A stretch of DNA of 64,000 bases from an uncultured Actinomycetes bacterium (GTDB taxonomy: Bacteria; Actinomycetota; UBA4738; HRBIN12). The stretch lies in contig CAVPJX010000002.1 in NCBI GenBank assembly GCA_963705545.1, positions 109,468 through 173,467 on the forward strand, written 5' to 3'. Position numbers and translations under genes: made by a program. Positions 1-9,403 of this stretch are shown one piece after another. Under the pieces are notes generated by a model. That model did no database searches. It was not told where the DNA came from and saw only the letters and a program-made list of their open reading frames with translations. Position 1 is the stretch's first letter. Each line of letters starts with the position of its first letter.

Positions 1-560
1 AGGGCAGCGGCGATCGGCCCGGTCGGGATCCGCTCGACGTAGTACGCGATCGAGACGTGCGGCGCGAAGCCGCCCTCCTCCGCGGGGAGCGACCGGTCGG
101 CCCGTGCCGGCTCGAGCAGGGAGACGCCGTCCAGCAGCAGGTCGCGGATCGCGGCCAACGCCTCCCATGGCTCGACCCAAAGGACCGCCGCCTCCGCGAA
201 CGATCCGGCCCCCGCGATGCTGACCTCCACGGGCGAGCAGCCCGCGAGCGCTGCACGCGCCTCGAGCGCGACCACCGAGGCTGCGTTCGGCGGGAGCTCG
301 TCCAGGAATCCCACCGACTGGATCGTCAGATGACGGCGCCGCGCGTCGAGCGGCGGCACGCCGAGCCCGGCGATCGCGTGCAACACACGCTCGGCGGCCG
401 CGGTCACGGACGCCTGTTGCCCCACCTCCGCCACGAAGATCAGGTAGCGCCGATCCGGGGCCCAGGCGGCGGGCCAGTCGGTCGCGATCGCCGGCACGAC
501 GTGCGCGAGCGCTCCGAACCGGCGGCGTTGGAGCTCGGTGAAGTCCGAGGCGCCGCTCAC
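1..560 (-). CDS. RNA 2',3'-cyclic phosphodiesterase / 2'-5' RNA ligase family (2H phosphoesterase), partial; the 3' end runs off the window edge
   Basis: My reverse-strand translation gives ...RRHLTIQSVGFL... and ...FAPHVSIAYYVERIPTGPIAAAL, i.e. two H-x-T/S-x motifs typical of the 2H family. GTG start at 560 overlaps the bcp stop (GTGA). Not in the ORF track because it has a non-ATG start and is truncated. Confidence 0.45.
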   Translation of the reverse strand, partial: MSGASDFTELQRRRFGALAHVVPAIATDWPAAWAPDRRYLIFVAEVGQQASVTAAAERVLHAIAGLGVPPLDARRRHLTIQSVGFLDELPPNAASVVALEARAALAGCSPVEVSIAGAGSFAEAAVLWVEPWEALAAIRDLLLDGVSLLEPARADRSLPAEEGGFAPHVSIAYYVERIPTGPIAAA

Positions 561-1018
561 CCGGCCGCGAGCGCCGCGCGGGCGTTGGGGACCGTGTCGG
601 CGGGGGAGACCTTGTACCACGACTCCTGGACGCTCCCGTCCTCGTCGATCAGGAACGACGAGCGGATGATGCCCATGTACGTCTTGCCGTGGTTCGTCTT
701 CTCGCCCCAGACGCCGTACGCCTCGGCGACCGTGTGATCCGGATCGGACAGGAGCGGGAACCCCAGCCCGAACTTCTGGTCGAACTTCGCCTGTGCGCTG
801 GGTTGGTCCGGGCTGATCCCGAAGACGTCCACGCCGAGCGTCGCGAGGTCCGCGCGCGCGTCGCGGACCGCACAGGACTGCGTCGTGCAGCCCGGTGTGT
901 CGGCCTCCGGGTAGAAGTAGACGAGCACCTTCCGTCCGCGGTGCTCCGCGAGCGTCACGGTCCGGCCCTCCTGATCCAGGAGGGAGAACGCGGGGGCGGG
1001 ATCGCCCGGCTTCAGCAC
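557..1018 (-). CDS. bcp: thiol peroxidase / peroxiredoxin Bcp
   Basis: 153 aa, MLKPGDPAPAFSL..YFYPEADTPGCTTQSCAVRD. Conserved peroxiredoxin active-site TPGCT motif. Confidence 0.9.
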   Translation of the reverse strand: MLKPGDPAPAFSLLDQEGRTVTLAEHRGRKVLVYFYPEADTPGCTTQSCAVRDARADLATLGVDVFGISPDQPSAQAKFDQKFGLGFPLLSDPDHTVAEAYGVWGEKTNHGKTYMGIIRSSFLIDEDGSVQESWYKVSPADTVPNARAALAAG

Positions 1019-1041
1019 GCGATCACCTTACCGCGACCCCC

Positions 1042-3088
1042 TCATCCGATGAGCGCGGCCGCGAGGGCCTCGGGCTCGGTGACGGGCAGTCGGCACGCGA
1101 ACCGCTCGCAGACGTAGGCGGCCGGCCGACCGTCCACCAGGGTCCGATCGCGGAGCAACGGGACGAGCTCGGTCGCCGCGGCGTCGTCGGGCCGTGCCAC
1201 CGTGAGCGAGACGTTCGGGAGGAACCGGCCCGTCACCTCGTCGATCAACGCGCGCGTCGCCGGCGTACCCGGGTCTCCGACGATCGCCACCTCGCGACCG
1301 GGTCCCACGAAGCGATCGAGGGCCGAGAGCGCGTGTCCGAAGGCGGTCGGTGCGCGGCCCATCGGGTCGCGGACCAGACGCAGCGCGCCCTCTGCCGCTC
1401 CCTCGTACCGCGCGTCGCCCGTGAGCCCCGCGAGCCGCAGCAACACCTCCGCCGCGGCCGAGTTGCCCGAGGGCGTCGCGTTGTCGTACAGCTCCTTCGG
1501 GCGAACGACCAGCGCTTCGGCGTCGACCGCCGTCTGGAAGAAGCCGCCGCGTTCCCCGTCGGCGAACCGCGACAACAGCTCGTCGGCGAGCGATCGCGCA
1601 GCCTCGAACCACCGCAGCTCGAACGTCGTCTCGTACAAGGTCAGGAGCGCCGATGCGAGCAGCGCGTGATCGTCGGCGAAGGCCGGTCGGCCGGCGATGC
1701 CCGCCCGCCACGAACGGAGCAGGCGCCCGTCGCCGTCGCGCAGGTGCTCCCACACGAACGCGGCGCACGTCTCCGCGGCCTCGACGTACGTCGGGCGCCC
1801 CCATCGCCCGCCCGGCCTCCGCCAGCGCGGCGATCGCCATCGCGTTCCACGCCGTCAGCACCTTGTCGTCGGTGCCGGGCCGGACCCGTGCCTCGCGCGC
1901 CGCGAGCAGGATCGCACGCGCCTGGTCGAGGCGTGCGGGCAGGTCCGCCGTCGCCCGGCCGGACGCCACGAGCTCCGCCGGGTCGAGCGGGCGCCACAAG
2001 ACGTTGGTGCCCTCCCAGTTCCCCTCGGGGACGGCCCCGAACGCGCGCGCGACCTCCGGGTCCACGAGGCGGGTCAGCTCGTCCCAGCCCCAGACGAAGA
2101 ACCGCCCCTCGACGCCCTCGGAGTCCGCGTCCTGCGATGACCAGAAGGCGCCTCTCCCGTCCCGCATCTCACGCAGCAGGTAGTCGAGCGTGCGGGCGGC
2201 GACGTCCCGGTACCGGTCGTTCCCGGTCACCTGCCAGGCGCGCGTGTACAGCTGGGCCAGCTGGGCGTTGTCGTACAGCATCTTCTCGAAGTGCGGGACG
2301 TGCCATCTGACGTCCGTGGCGTACCGGGCGAACCCGCCACCGACCTGGTCGTGGATCCCACCGTCCGCGATGCGATCGAGGGTGGTCGTGAGGACCTCCA
2401 TCGCGCCCGGTCGATCGCGGACCGCGCACCGGAGCACGAACCCCAGGGTCGTGGGCTGCGGGAACTTCGGCGCGCCGCCGAACCCGCCCCATCGCGGATC
2501 GAAGGCTCGGCGGAGCCGCTCCAGGGCCTCGACGACGACCCCGTCGTCGAGCGCCGCCGCGCTCCCCGTCAGCTCCGACGGCCGGCCGATCGCGGCGACG
2601 ACGTTCGCGCCCTGCGCGACGAGGTCGTCGCGCCGGTCGCGCCAGGCATCTGCGATCCCGGCGAGCACCTGCCGGAACGCGGGCATCCCGTGGCGGGGCT
2701 CGTTCGGGAAGTAGGTCCCGGCGTAGAAGGGCTCGCCCGCGGGCGTGAGGAACGCCGTCATCGGCCAGCCGCCGCCTCCCGTCATCGCCTGGACCGCGTC
2801 CATGTAGATCGCGTCGACGTCGGGGCGCTCTTCGCGATCGACCTTGATCGAGACGAAGTGGGCGTTCATCTGCGCGGCCGTCGCCTCGTCCTCGAACGAC
2901 TCCCGCTCCATCACGTGACACCAGTGGCAGGCCGCGTACCCCACCGACAGGAGGATCGGTTTGTCCTCGCGCCGAGCCCGATCGAACGCCTCCTCGCCCC
3001 AGGGGTACCAATCCACGGGGTTGTGGGCGTGCTGCAGCAGGTACGGGCTGGTCTCGTTCGCCAACCGGTTGGCCCGACGCTCGCTCAT
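1042..3088 (-). pseudogene. thioredoxin-domain protein, YyaL/DUF255 family (Trx + six-hairpin glycosidase-like fold); frameshifted near 1795-1800
   Basis: The N-terminal about 430 aa ([22 protein letters not shown]...[12 protein letters not shown]...) are in the 1028..3088 frame. The C-terminal about 235 aa (...[20 protein letters not shown]...) continue in the 1042..1755 frame. A G5 run (atgggggcg) at about 1795 restores one continuous protein if read as G4. Confidence 0.75.
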
Positions 3089-3187
3089 GCCGTTCAGTCT
3101 CTCGCGTCCGCGCGCGAGGGTGTGCGTCGCGGACCCGGGCGCGGCCGAGACCTCCGCCCGGCTTCAGCCCGGGGGGCAGGCGTGCCG

Positions 3188-3868
3188 ATGAGGAAGCAGG
3201 CCATGGAAGAGGACATCAGGATCCTGATCGTCGACGAGAGCCCGGGCCTCGCCGAGGCGCTGCAGCTCGAGCTCCCACGGCGGGTCCAGGTCGCCGTCCT
3301 CGGCCCCGTCCCCGACGCCCTCGCGGCGCTCGACGCGATGGATCGCGAGGTCGTCGATCTGGTCCTGGTGGACCTCGATCGCGATGAGGGGGATGGGCTC
3401 GAGACGGTGCGGTTGATCCGCGAGGGCAACGGCGCCGCGCGCGTGCTCTGCGTGTCCGAGGCGCGGGCCCCCGAGGCGGCCGCCGGCGCGCTCGCGGCGG
3501 GCGCCGTGGGCGTGATCCGCCCGGACTCCGGCGGCACGGCCACGCTGTCCGCCCTGCGGCGGGCCCTCGCGGGCGAGCTCGTGCTGCCGGCCGTGCATCT
3601 CCCCAACCTCGTCGACCGTCTCCGGACGAACCGGGATCTGAGCGACGGCGAGCGACTGTCGTCGCTCACGGGTCGCGAGCGCGAGATCCTCCGCCTGCTC
3701 GCCGACGGGGGCGCGACCACCGAGATCGCCTCGGCGCTCGGCATCAGCCCGATGACCGTGCAGAGCCACGTGAAGAACATCCTGTCGAAGCTCGCCGTCC
3801 ATTCGAAGGTCGAGGCCGTGACGCTCGCGTGGAGGACGGGCCTCGCCACGGTCACGCGCTCCGGATGA
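3188..3868 (+). CDS. NarL/LuxR-family response regulator (receiver + LuxR HTH)
   Basis: 226 aa. Receiver-like N-terminus (ILIVDES...DLVLVDLDRDEGDGLE) and LuxR C-terminus (LTGREREILRLLADGGATTEIASALGISPMTVQSHVKNILSKL). The start comes from residue counting within ORF 2291..3868; an alternative ATG is at 3203. Confidence 0.8.
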   Translation: MRKQAMEEDIRILIVDESPGLAEALQLELPRRVQVAVLGPVPDALAALDAMDREVVDLVLVDLDRDEGDGLETVRLIREGNGAARVLCVSEARAPEAAAGALAAGAVGVIRPDSGGTATLSALRRALAGELVLPAVHLPNLVDRLRTNRDLSDGERLSSLTGREREILRLLADGGATTEIASALGISPMTVQSHVKNILSKLAVHSKVEAVTLAWRTGLATVTRSG

Positions 3869-3894
3869 CCGGCGCGCGATAGCCTTCCGCCACG

Positions 3895-4596
3895 ATGGGG
3901 GGGAAGGTGGACGGCGGACAGGCCGGGGGGCGGGTCGTCGTGGCCGATGCCCATCCCGCGGTCCGCGGGGCCGTCCGGCTCTCCTGCGCGGCGATCCCGG
4001 GTCTGGACGTCGTCGACGAGACCTCGAGCGGCGAGGAGCTCCTGGCCTCGTGCCGCCGCCTGCATCCGGACGCCGTCGTGCTCGACCTCTCGCTCCCCGA
4101 TCGAGAGGGATTCGATCTGATCCGTGAGGTCCGCCACGACGAGCTCGCCCGCGTGATCGTGATCCTGTCCGATCGCACGGACGGCGCGACCGTCTTGGAG
4201 GCGCTTCGCCTGGGTGTGGACGGCTACCTCGTGAAGGCGACGGGTCTGACCGACGTCGGGCGCTCCGTCGCTCGGACGCTCGCGGGTGAGCGCGTCGTCT
4301 CTCCGGAGCTCGAGCCGGTCACCGTGCAGGAGCTCGGGCGCCGCGTCCGGCAGGCTCGAGAGGGGACCGAGGTCCGGGCCACGCTGACCGCGCGGGAGCA
4401 CGAGATCTTGCTGCTGCTCAGCGAGGGCTCCACGATCCAGCAGGTCGCGCATCGCCTGGGGATCTCGCCGAAGACGGTCGAAACCCATGTCGCGAAGCTC
4501 TACCGCAAGCTCGACGTTCGGACGCGCGTCCAGGCCGTGGCTCGGGCGGCCTCGCTGGGGCTGATCGAGCTCAATCGCGGACCCGACCGCTCCTGA
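3895..4596 (+). CDS. NarL/LuxR-family response regulator
   Basis: 233 aa. Receiver (VVVADAHPAVR...VVLDLSLPDREGFD) plus LuxR HTH (LTAREHEILLLLSEGSTIQQVAHRLGISPKTVETHVAKLYRKL). Confidence 0.8.
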   Translation: MGGKVDGGQAGGRVVVADAHPAVRGAVRLSCAAIPGLDVVDETSSGEELLASCRRLHPDAVVLDLSLPDREGFDLIREVRHDELARVIVILSDRTDGATVLEALRLGVDGYLVKATGLTDVGRSVARTLAGERVVSPELEPVTVQELGRRVRQAREGTEVRATLTAREHEILLLLSEGSTIQQVAHRLGISPKTVETHVAKLYRKLDVRTRVQAVARAASLGLIELNRGPDRS

Positions 4597-4753
4597 GCCC
4601 TCGAGTGACTCGCCGATCGTCCGATCGGTCCTGAACCGTCGTTCGATCCGTGTCCCCCGGTTCCCCTCAGTTCCTCGTACGCATCCGCCGATACACGACC
4701 CAGAGGAGGCAGCTGCCGTCTCGGGCGTCGGGCCCGGAGCCGGGGCGTCCGAG

Positions 4754-5470
4754 ATGACGAGACGGAGCACGACGGATGACGCGCCCCCTCCCCCGGTGGT
4801 CCGCCGGCGGCTCGGCGTCGTCGTCGTCGACCCGTTGCCCGTGGTGCGGGCCGGTCTCGGGCTCTTGATCGAGGACCGGCCGGACCTCGAGGTGCTCGCC
4901 GAGGCGGGGACCGCGGAGGAGGGCTTGGAGGCGATCGGGCGGATCCGCCGGAGCCGCGTGATCGTGCTCGTGGGGCTCGGGCTCGCCGGCGACCACGATT
5001 CCTACTGGTTGATCCGTACCCTGCGCCAGCGGTACCCGGCGCACGCGATCCTCGGGTGCGGTGCCAACGCCGATCCCACCGCGATCTCGCGTGCGCTGTT
5101 CGTCGGCGCGGACGGCTTCGTCGACAAGAACATCGACCCCGTCGAGTTCCTGCAGGCGCTCCGCGCGGCCGCGGCGGGCGACATGGTGCTGGCCACGCCC
5201 GCCTCGTCGTCCTCGCTCGGTGCGATCGCCGAGGGGATCGAGCGCCGGCGAGAGGTCGAGGTGAAGCTGACGGAGCGCGAGCGGGAGGTCCTCGTCGTGG
5301 CGGCCGAGGGTCTGACCGCTCGGCAGATCGCCACGCGCCTCGGCGTGCGCGAGCGAACCGTCACGACGCACCTCGCGCGGATCTACGGCAAGCTCGGGGT
5401 GGGCAACCGCCTCGCCGCGATCCGTCTCGCGACGCGCTCGGGTCTGGTGTCCGTCGGCTCATCGGAATGA
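4754..5470 (+). CDS. NarL/LuxR-family regulator with a degenerate (pseudo-)receiver domain
   Basis: 238 aa. The LuxR HTH is at the C-terminus (LTEREREVLVVAAEGLTARQIATRLGVRERTVTTHLARIYGKL). The receiver-like region reads VIVLVGLGLAGDHD where the phospho-acceptor Asp is expected. Confidence 0.75.
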   Translation: MTRRSTTDDAPPPPVVRRRLGVVVVDPLPVVRAGLGLLIEDRPDLEVLAEAGTAEEGLEAIGRIRRSRVIVLVGLGLAGDHDSYWLIRTLRQRYPAHAILGCGANADPTAISRALFVGADGFVDKNIDPVEFLQALRAAAAGDMVLATPASSSSLGAIAEGIERRREVEVKLTEREREVLVVAAEGLTARQIATRLGVRERTVTTHLARIYGKLGVGNRLAAIRLATRSGLVSVGSSE

Positions 5471-5591
5471 AGCACGTTGGCGCGCGGATCGCGACCGTCG
5501 CACGCTCCCGTGACGTTACGTAGAAGTACGTACCGCGATTCGGGATCACTAGGGATTCTCGGCTGACGTCCGCACTCCTACCGTGTCCCCT

Positions 5592-5608
5592 GGCGGCTGT
5601 GAGCCGCC
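5592..5608 (+). promoter_or_regulatory. short hairpin in the flp 5' leader (GGCGGCT-gtg-AGCCGCC)
   Basis: 7-bp perfect stem with a 3-nt loop, about 45 nt upstream of the flp ATG. Seen directly. Confidence 0.3.
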
Positions 5609-5652
5609 CGGGCAACGCCCGAATGGCTTCCAGCCTTCGGAGAGGAGGTGAC

Positions 5653-5853
5653 ATGTTCCTTCGTCTCTACACCGGCGCACAGACCTGGTGGGGCGACTTC
5701 CGTCTTCGCGCTCGCGAGGAGGGTGGCGCCACGGCGGTTGAGTACGCGCTGATGGTGGCCCTGATCGCCGCCGTGATCATCGGTGCCGTGACGATCCTCG
5801 GTCAGAACGCTGAGGACAAGTTCACGGACGTCGGTACCGCGGTGGGCAGCTGA
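5653..5853 (+). CDS. flp: Flp family type IVb pilin (prepilin)
   Basis: 66 aa. MFLRLYTGAQTWWGDFRLRAREEGG/ATAVEYALMVALIAAVIIGAV carries the canonical Flp G/xTAVEY processing motif followed by a hydrophobic helix. The Shine-Dalgarno sequence GGAGAGGAGGTG precedes the ATG. This is an internal start of ORF 5599..5853. Confidence 0.8.
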   Translation: MFLRLYTGAQTWWGDFRLRAREEGGATAVEYALMVALIAAVIIGAVTILGQNAEDKFTDVGTAVGS

Positions 5854-5884
5854 TCCATCTGCCTTTCCATCGTACGAGCGGCCT

Positions 5885-5933
5885 TCGCCGGCCGCTCCCT
5901 CCCCCGACGAAGCCGGGGGAGCGAGGGGCCGGC
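5885..5933 (+). terminator. GC-rich stem-loop (about 19-21 bp stem, 7-nt loop) immediately after the flp stop
   Basis: cgccggccgctccctcccccg-acgaagc-cgggggagcgaggggccggcg. I paired it by hand at 19/21 positions. There is no U-tract, as is usual for high-GC Actinobacteria. Confidence 0.4.
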
Positions 5934-6047
5934 GAACCACCCCCCAACATCGAACCAGAGATGGCCTCCTCCCGTCGGCGGATCGCTGCTCCAGCCACGC
6001 GGCTCTCGCGCCGATAGGAGTCAGGAGTTCCGAAAGGAGACGGAAAC

Positions 6048-6848
6048 ATGAGATCACGAGGTCTGGTGGTCGCCGTTGCCCTGGTCCTGGCAGCCCTGGC
6101 AGCGGGGGCGGTGATCCTCTACACGAACGGGGTCAAGGAAGAGGCGGTCAGCGGCGGCGAACTCACCACGGTGATCGTCGCCACGCAGGAGATCCCGGCC
6201 AACACCCCGCTCACCCCGTTGCTCGAGGGCGGAGGCTTCAAGGAGCTCGCCGTCCCGAACGACGCGGTCGTCGACGGGGCCGTGACCAGCCTGGACGAGC
6301 TGAAGGGCCGGACCACGACGTCGCCGCTGCTCGCGAACGAGCAGATCTCGGTGGCGGATCTCGACACGGGCGAGGCCCCCGCGGGCGGCGCGCTCGGGAT
6401 CTCGAAGGGTCACGTCGCGCTCACGTTCAAGCTGAACGCGCCCCAGGGCGGGTTCGGGTACATCCAGCGCGGCGACAACGTCTCGATCTACGCGACGTAC
6501 AACGGCACCTCGATCATCCCCGGATCCATCGAGGACCTGATCGCCGGCAACTCCGCCGACACGACCGCGAAGCGGCAGGAGCTGCCGGACTTCACGGCCA
6601 CGGTCATCCCCACGGTCCGCGTGCTGGCGGTCGAGAACCCCGGCGTGGACGAGGAGGGCAACCCCACGGGTGAGAACGTCACCTTGACGCTCGACCTCAC
6701 GCCCGAGGACGCCCAGGCCTTGGTCTTCGCGTCCGAGAACGCGCTCGTGTGGGTCGGCCTCCTGCCTCCGGGCGAGGACGGTCAGCAGCCTCCCGCGACG
6801 CAGGTGCCGGTCGAGCTGCTGCTCGGGAAGCGGGGAGCCCTGGCATGA
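6048..6848 (+). CDS. cpaB: Flp pilus assembly protein CpaB/RcpC (SAF domain)
   Basis: 266 aa. N-terminal TM helix (LVVAVALVLAALAAGAVIL), then ...TVIVATQEIPANTPL... typical of CpaB. Good RBS (GGAAAGGAGACGG). Confidence 0.8.
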   Translation: MRSRGLVVAVALVLAALAAGAVILYTNGVKEEAVSGGELTTVIVATQEIPANTPLTPLLEGGGFKELAVPNDAVVDGAVTSLDELKGRTTTSPLLANEQISVADLDTGEAPAGGALGISKGHVALTFKLNAPQGGFGYIQRGDNVSIYATYNGTSIIPGSIEDLIAGNSADTTAKRQELPDFTATVIPTVRVLAVENPGVDEEGNPTGENVTLTLDLTPEDAQALVFASENALVWVGLLPPGEDGQQPPATQVPVELLLGKRGALA

Positions 6849-8068
6849 CCGATGCCAGCGTCGTCGCCGTCGGGACGCCGCAGTCCTTCCGCCAGCAGAT
6901 CGCCCGGGCCCTCGAGGTCGAGATGGACGAGATCGGCTGGGTGCAGTCGGCCACGGCCGCGGAGGAGCTCCTGATCAACGCCTACAACCCGGTCGACGTG
7001 ATGGTGCTGTCGCCCGAGGTCAAGGAACAGGACGCGCTCGGCCTGGCGGAGTTCATGGGCCGCCAGGCCCCGGGCACGGCGATCGTGCTCGTCCGCGACC
7101 ACACGTGGAACGGCTTGCTTCCGGCCGCGATGCGCGCGGGGATCCGCGACGTCGTGGACATGACCCAGGGCAACGACGAGCTCCGCGAGGCCGTGGAGCG
7201 CGCCGTCCTGTGGGCCACGAACCTGCGCAGCGCCGCGGGTCCGCAGCGCGACGGCGGCCCCGCCCAGCGCGGGCACGTGATCTCGGTCTTCTCGTCGAAG
7301 GGCGGTTCGGGCAAGACCTTCCTCGTCACGAACCTGGCCGCCTCGATCGCCGACATCACCGGGCAGGACACGGCGGTCGTCGACCTCGACACCGACATGG
7401 GCGACGTCTTCACCTACTGGGGCCGTGAGCCGATCGCGCGGCTCGAGGACCTGATGGGCATCGGCGAGGGCGGCGAGCACGACAAGATCCGCGAGGTCGG
7501 GGTCCAGTTCGATCAGCACGTCTGGGGGTACGGCACGCCGCCCGATCCCTCGACCGAGCCGCCCGCCGGTGAGGCCGTCGGCAAGTTCCTGCGGACGCTC
7601 CGAGCTGACTTCCCGTGGGTCGTCGTGGACGCCTCGGTGGACTATTCGGACTCCGCGCTCGTCTGTTTCGACCTGTCGGACGCGATCTGCCTGGTGACCC
7701 CCCTCGACGTCGTGGGGGTGAAGCACCTGTCCAAGGCGCTCGACACGCTGCTGACGATCGGGTTGCCACGCGACCGGTTCCGCGTCGTGCTGAACCGAGC
7801 CGACAGCAAGGTCGGACTCGACTCCGGCGACGTCGAGCGCGTGATGAAGGTCGAGGTGGACGTGATGATCCCCTCGAGCCGCCTGGTGCCGACGGCGCTG
7901 AACAAGGGGCGCCCCGTCGTGCTCGACGAGCCCGGCTCGGACGTCTCGACCGCGGTGCGCCACCTGGCGACGAAGCTCACGCATCAGTTCAGCGGCGCCG
8001 AAGCGGGCGCCGCCGATCCGAACGGCAACGGCAAGGGCAAGAAGCGGAAGCTGTTCTCGAAGGCGTAA
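6845..8068 (+). CDS. cpaE: pilus assembly ATPase CpaE/TadZ (receiver-like N-domain + ParA/MinD-type ATPase)
   Basis: The ATG at 6845 overlaps the cpaB stop (ATGA). Walker A reads VFSSKGGSGKTFLVTNLA. The N-terminal region is a pseudo-receiver, as in TadZ. Confidence 0.8.
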   Translation: MTDASVVAVGTPQSFRQQIARALEVEMDEIGWVQSATAAEELLINAYNPVDVMVLSPEVKEQDALGLAEFMGRQAPGTAIVLVRDHTWNGLLPAAMRAGIRDVVDMTQGNDELREAVERAVLWATNLRSAAGPQRDGGPAQRGHVISVFSSKGGSGKTFLVTNLAASIADITGQDTAVVDLDTDMGDVFTYWGREPIARLEDLMGIGEGGEHDKIREVGVQFDQHVWGYGTPPDPSTEPPAGEAVGKFLRTLRADFPWVVVDASVDYSDSALVCFDLSDAICLVTPLDVVGVKHLSKALDTLLTIGLPRDRFRVVLNRADSKVGLDSGDVERVMKVEVDVMIPSSRLVPTALNKGRPVVLDEPGSDVSTAVRHLATKLTHQFSGAEAGAADPNGNGKGKKRKLFSKA

Positions 8069-8083
8069 GGGAGAGGATCCACG

Positions 8084-9403
8084 ATGTCCCTGGCAGACAG
8101 GCTGGCGAAGGCGCAACAGCGGGACCGCATCTCGGAGGTTCGAATCCGCGTCCAGGAGCGTTTGGTCGAGGTCCTCGGCCCGCGGCTCTACGACTCGACC
8201 CTCTCCGACGACGAGCTCGAAGGCCTGGTCCACCAGCGCCTGCGCGAGCTCCTCGACGAGGAGGAGGGTCCGCTCTCGGCGCAGGAGAAGCTCCTGATCG
8301 TCCGGCAGATCGGCGACAGCGTCCTGGGTCTCGGGCCGCTCGAGCCGTTCGTCCGGGACCCGGACGTCACCGAGATCATGGTGAACAGCTGGGACACGAT
8401 CTACGTCGAGCGCGGCGGCAAGCTGTACTGGACCGGCACGAAGTTCCACGACGACCAGCAGCTCCGCCGCACGATCGACAAGATCGTGGGGAAGGTCGGC
8501 CGCCGTGTCGACGAGGCCAGCCCCTACGTGGACGCGCGGTTGCCGGACGGTTCCCGTGTGAACGCGATCATCCCGCCGCTCGCGCTGGACGGTCCCTCGC
8601 TCACGATCCGGAAGTTCGCCGCCGACCCGTACGGCGCCGACGACCTGATCGAGTTCGGGACCTTCACGTCCTCGGTGGCGCAGTTCCTCGAGGCCTGTGT
8701 CCGTGGCCGCATCAACATCATGGTCTCCGGAGGGACGGGCGCCGGGAAGACCTCGACCCTGAACGTCCTGTCGTCGTTCATCCCGGACGACGAGCGGATC
8801 GTCACGATCGAGGACGCGGCCGAGCTCCGGTTGCAGCAGCCGCACGTGGTGCGGCTGGAGGGACGCCCGCCGAACATCGAGGGCAAGGGCGCGGTCACGA
8901 TCCGCGACCTGGTCCGCAACTCCCTGCGGATGCGGCCCGACCGGATCGTGGTCGGGGAGGTCCGTGGCGCCGAGGCCCTGGACATGCTCCAGGCGATGAA
9001 CACCGGCCACGACGGCTCGATCTCGACGATCCACTCGAACTCGCCGCGCGACTCGCTGTCGCGCCTGGAGACGATCACGCTGATGGCGGGCATGGACCTG
9101 TCGCCGCGGTCGATCCGCGAGCAGATCGCGTCGGCGATCCAGCTGATCGTGCACCAGCAGCGGCTGAAGGACGGCACCCGCCGCTTCACCCACGTGACCG
9201 AGATCGCGGGGATGGAGGGCGAGGTGATCACCCTGCAGGACCTGTTCCTGTTCGACTTCAGCTCCGGCGTCGATGACGAAGGGAAGTTCCGCGGTCGCCT
9301 GAAGTCGACCGGGCTGCGCCCGAAGTTCATGGAGCGCCTCGAGGAGCACGGGGTGCGTGTCGACCCGGAGATCTTCGCGCTGGAGACGCGGGGGAACCTG
9401 TGA
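8084..9403 (+). CDS. cpaF: Tad/Flp pilus secretion ATPase CpaF/TadA
   Basis: 439 aa. Walker A is VSGGTGAGKTSTLN. The type II/IV secretion ATPase signature includes ...RPDRIVVGEVRGAEALDMLQAMNTGHDGSISTIHSN. Confidence 0.9.
   Translation: MSLADRLAKAQQRDRISEVRIRVQERLVEVLGPRLYDSTLSDDELEGLVHQRLRELLDEEEGPLSAQEKLLIVRQIGDSVLGLGPLEPFVRDPDVTEIMVNSWDTIYVERGGKLYWTGTKFHDDQQLRRTIDKIVGKVGRRVDEASPYVDARLPDGSRVNAIIPPLALDGPSLTIRKFAADPYGADDLIEFGTFTSSVAQFLEACVRGRINIMVSGGTGAGKTSTLNVLSSFIPDDERIVTIEDAAELRLQQPHVVRLEGRPPNIEGKGAVTIRDLVRNSLRMRPDRIVVGEVRGAEALDMLQAMNTGHDGSISTIHSNSPRDSLSRLETITLMAGMDLSPRSIREQIASAIQLIVHQQRLKDGTRRFTHVTEIAGMEGEVITLQDLFLFDFSSGVDDEGKFRGRLKSTGLRPKFMERLEEHGVRVDPEIFALETRGNL

Noticed and set aside
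57-737. 226-aa plus-strand ORF at the window start
   Set aside because: Arg/Gly/Pro-rich low-complexity translation typical of an off-frame read in high-GC DNA. The opposite strand encodes a recognisable 2H phosphoesterase and bcp.
895-2310. 471-aa plus-strand ORF (and several 100-180 aa ORFs) overlapping the YyaL gene
   Set aside because: Antisense to a conserved thioredoxin-domain gene, with Arg-rich composition and no recognisable motifs.
4612-4627. Inverted repeat CCGATCG-tc-CGATCGG between the second and third LuxR-type regulator genes
   Set aside because: Short 7-bp arms in GC-rich DNA could easily arise by chance. It is mentioned only as a possible operator, with no supporting evidence.
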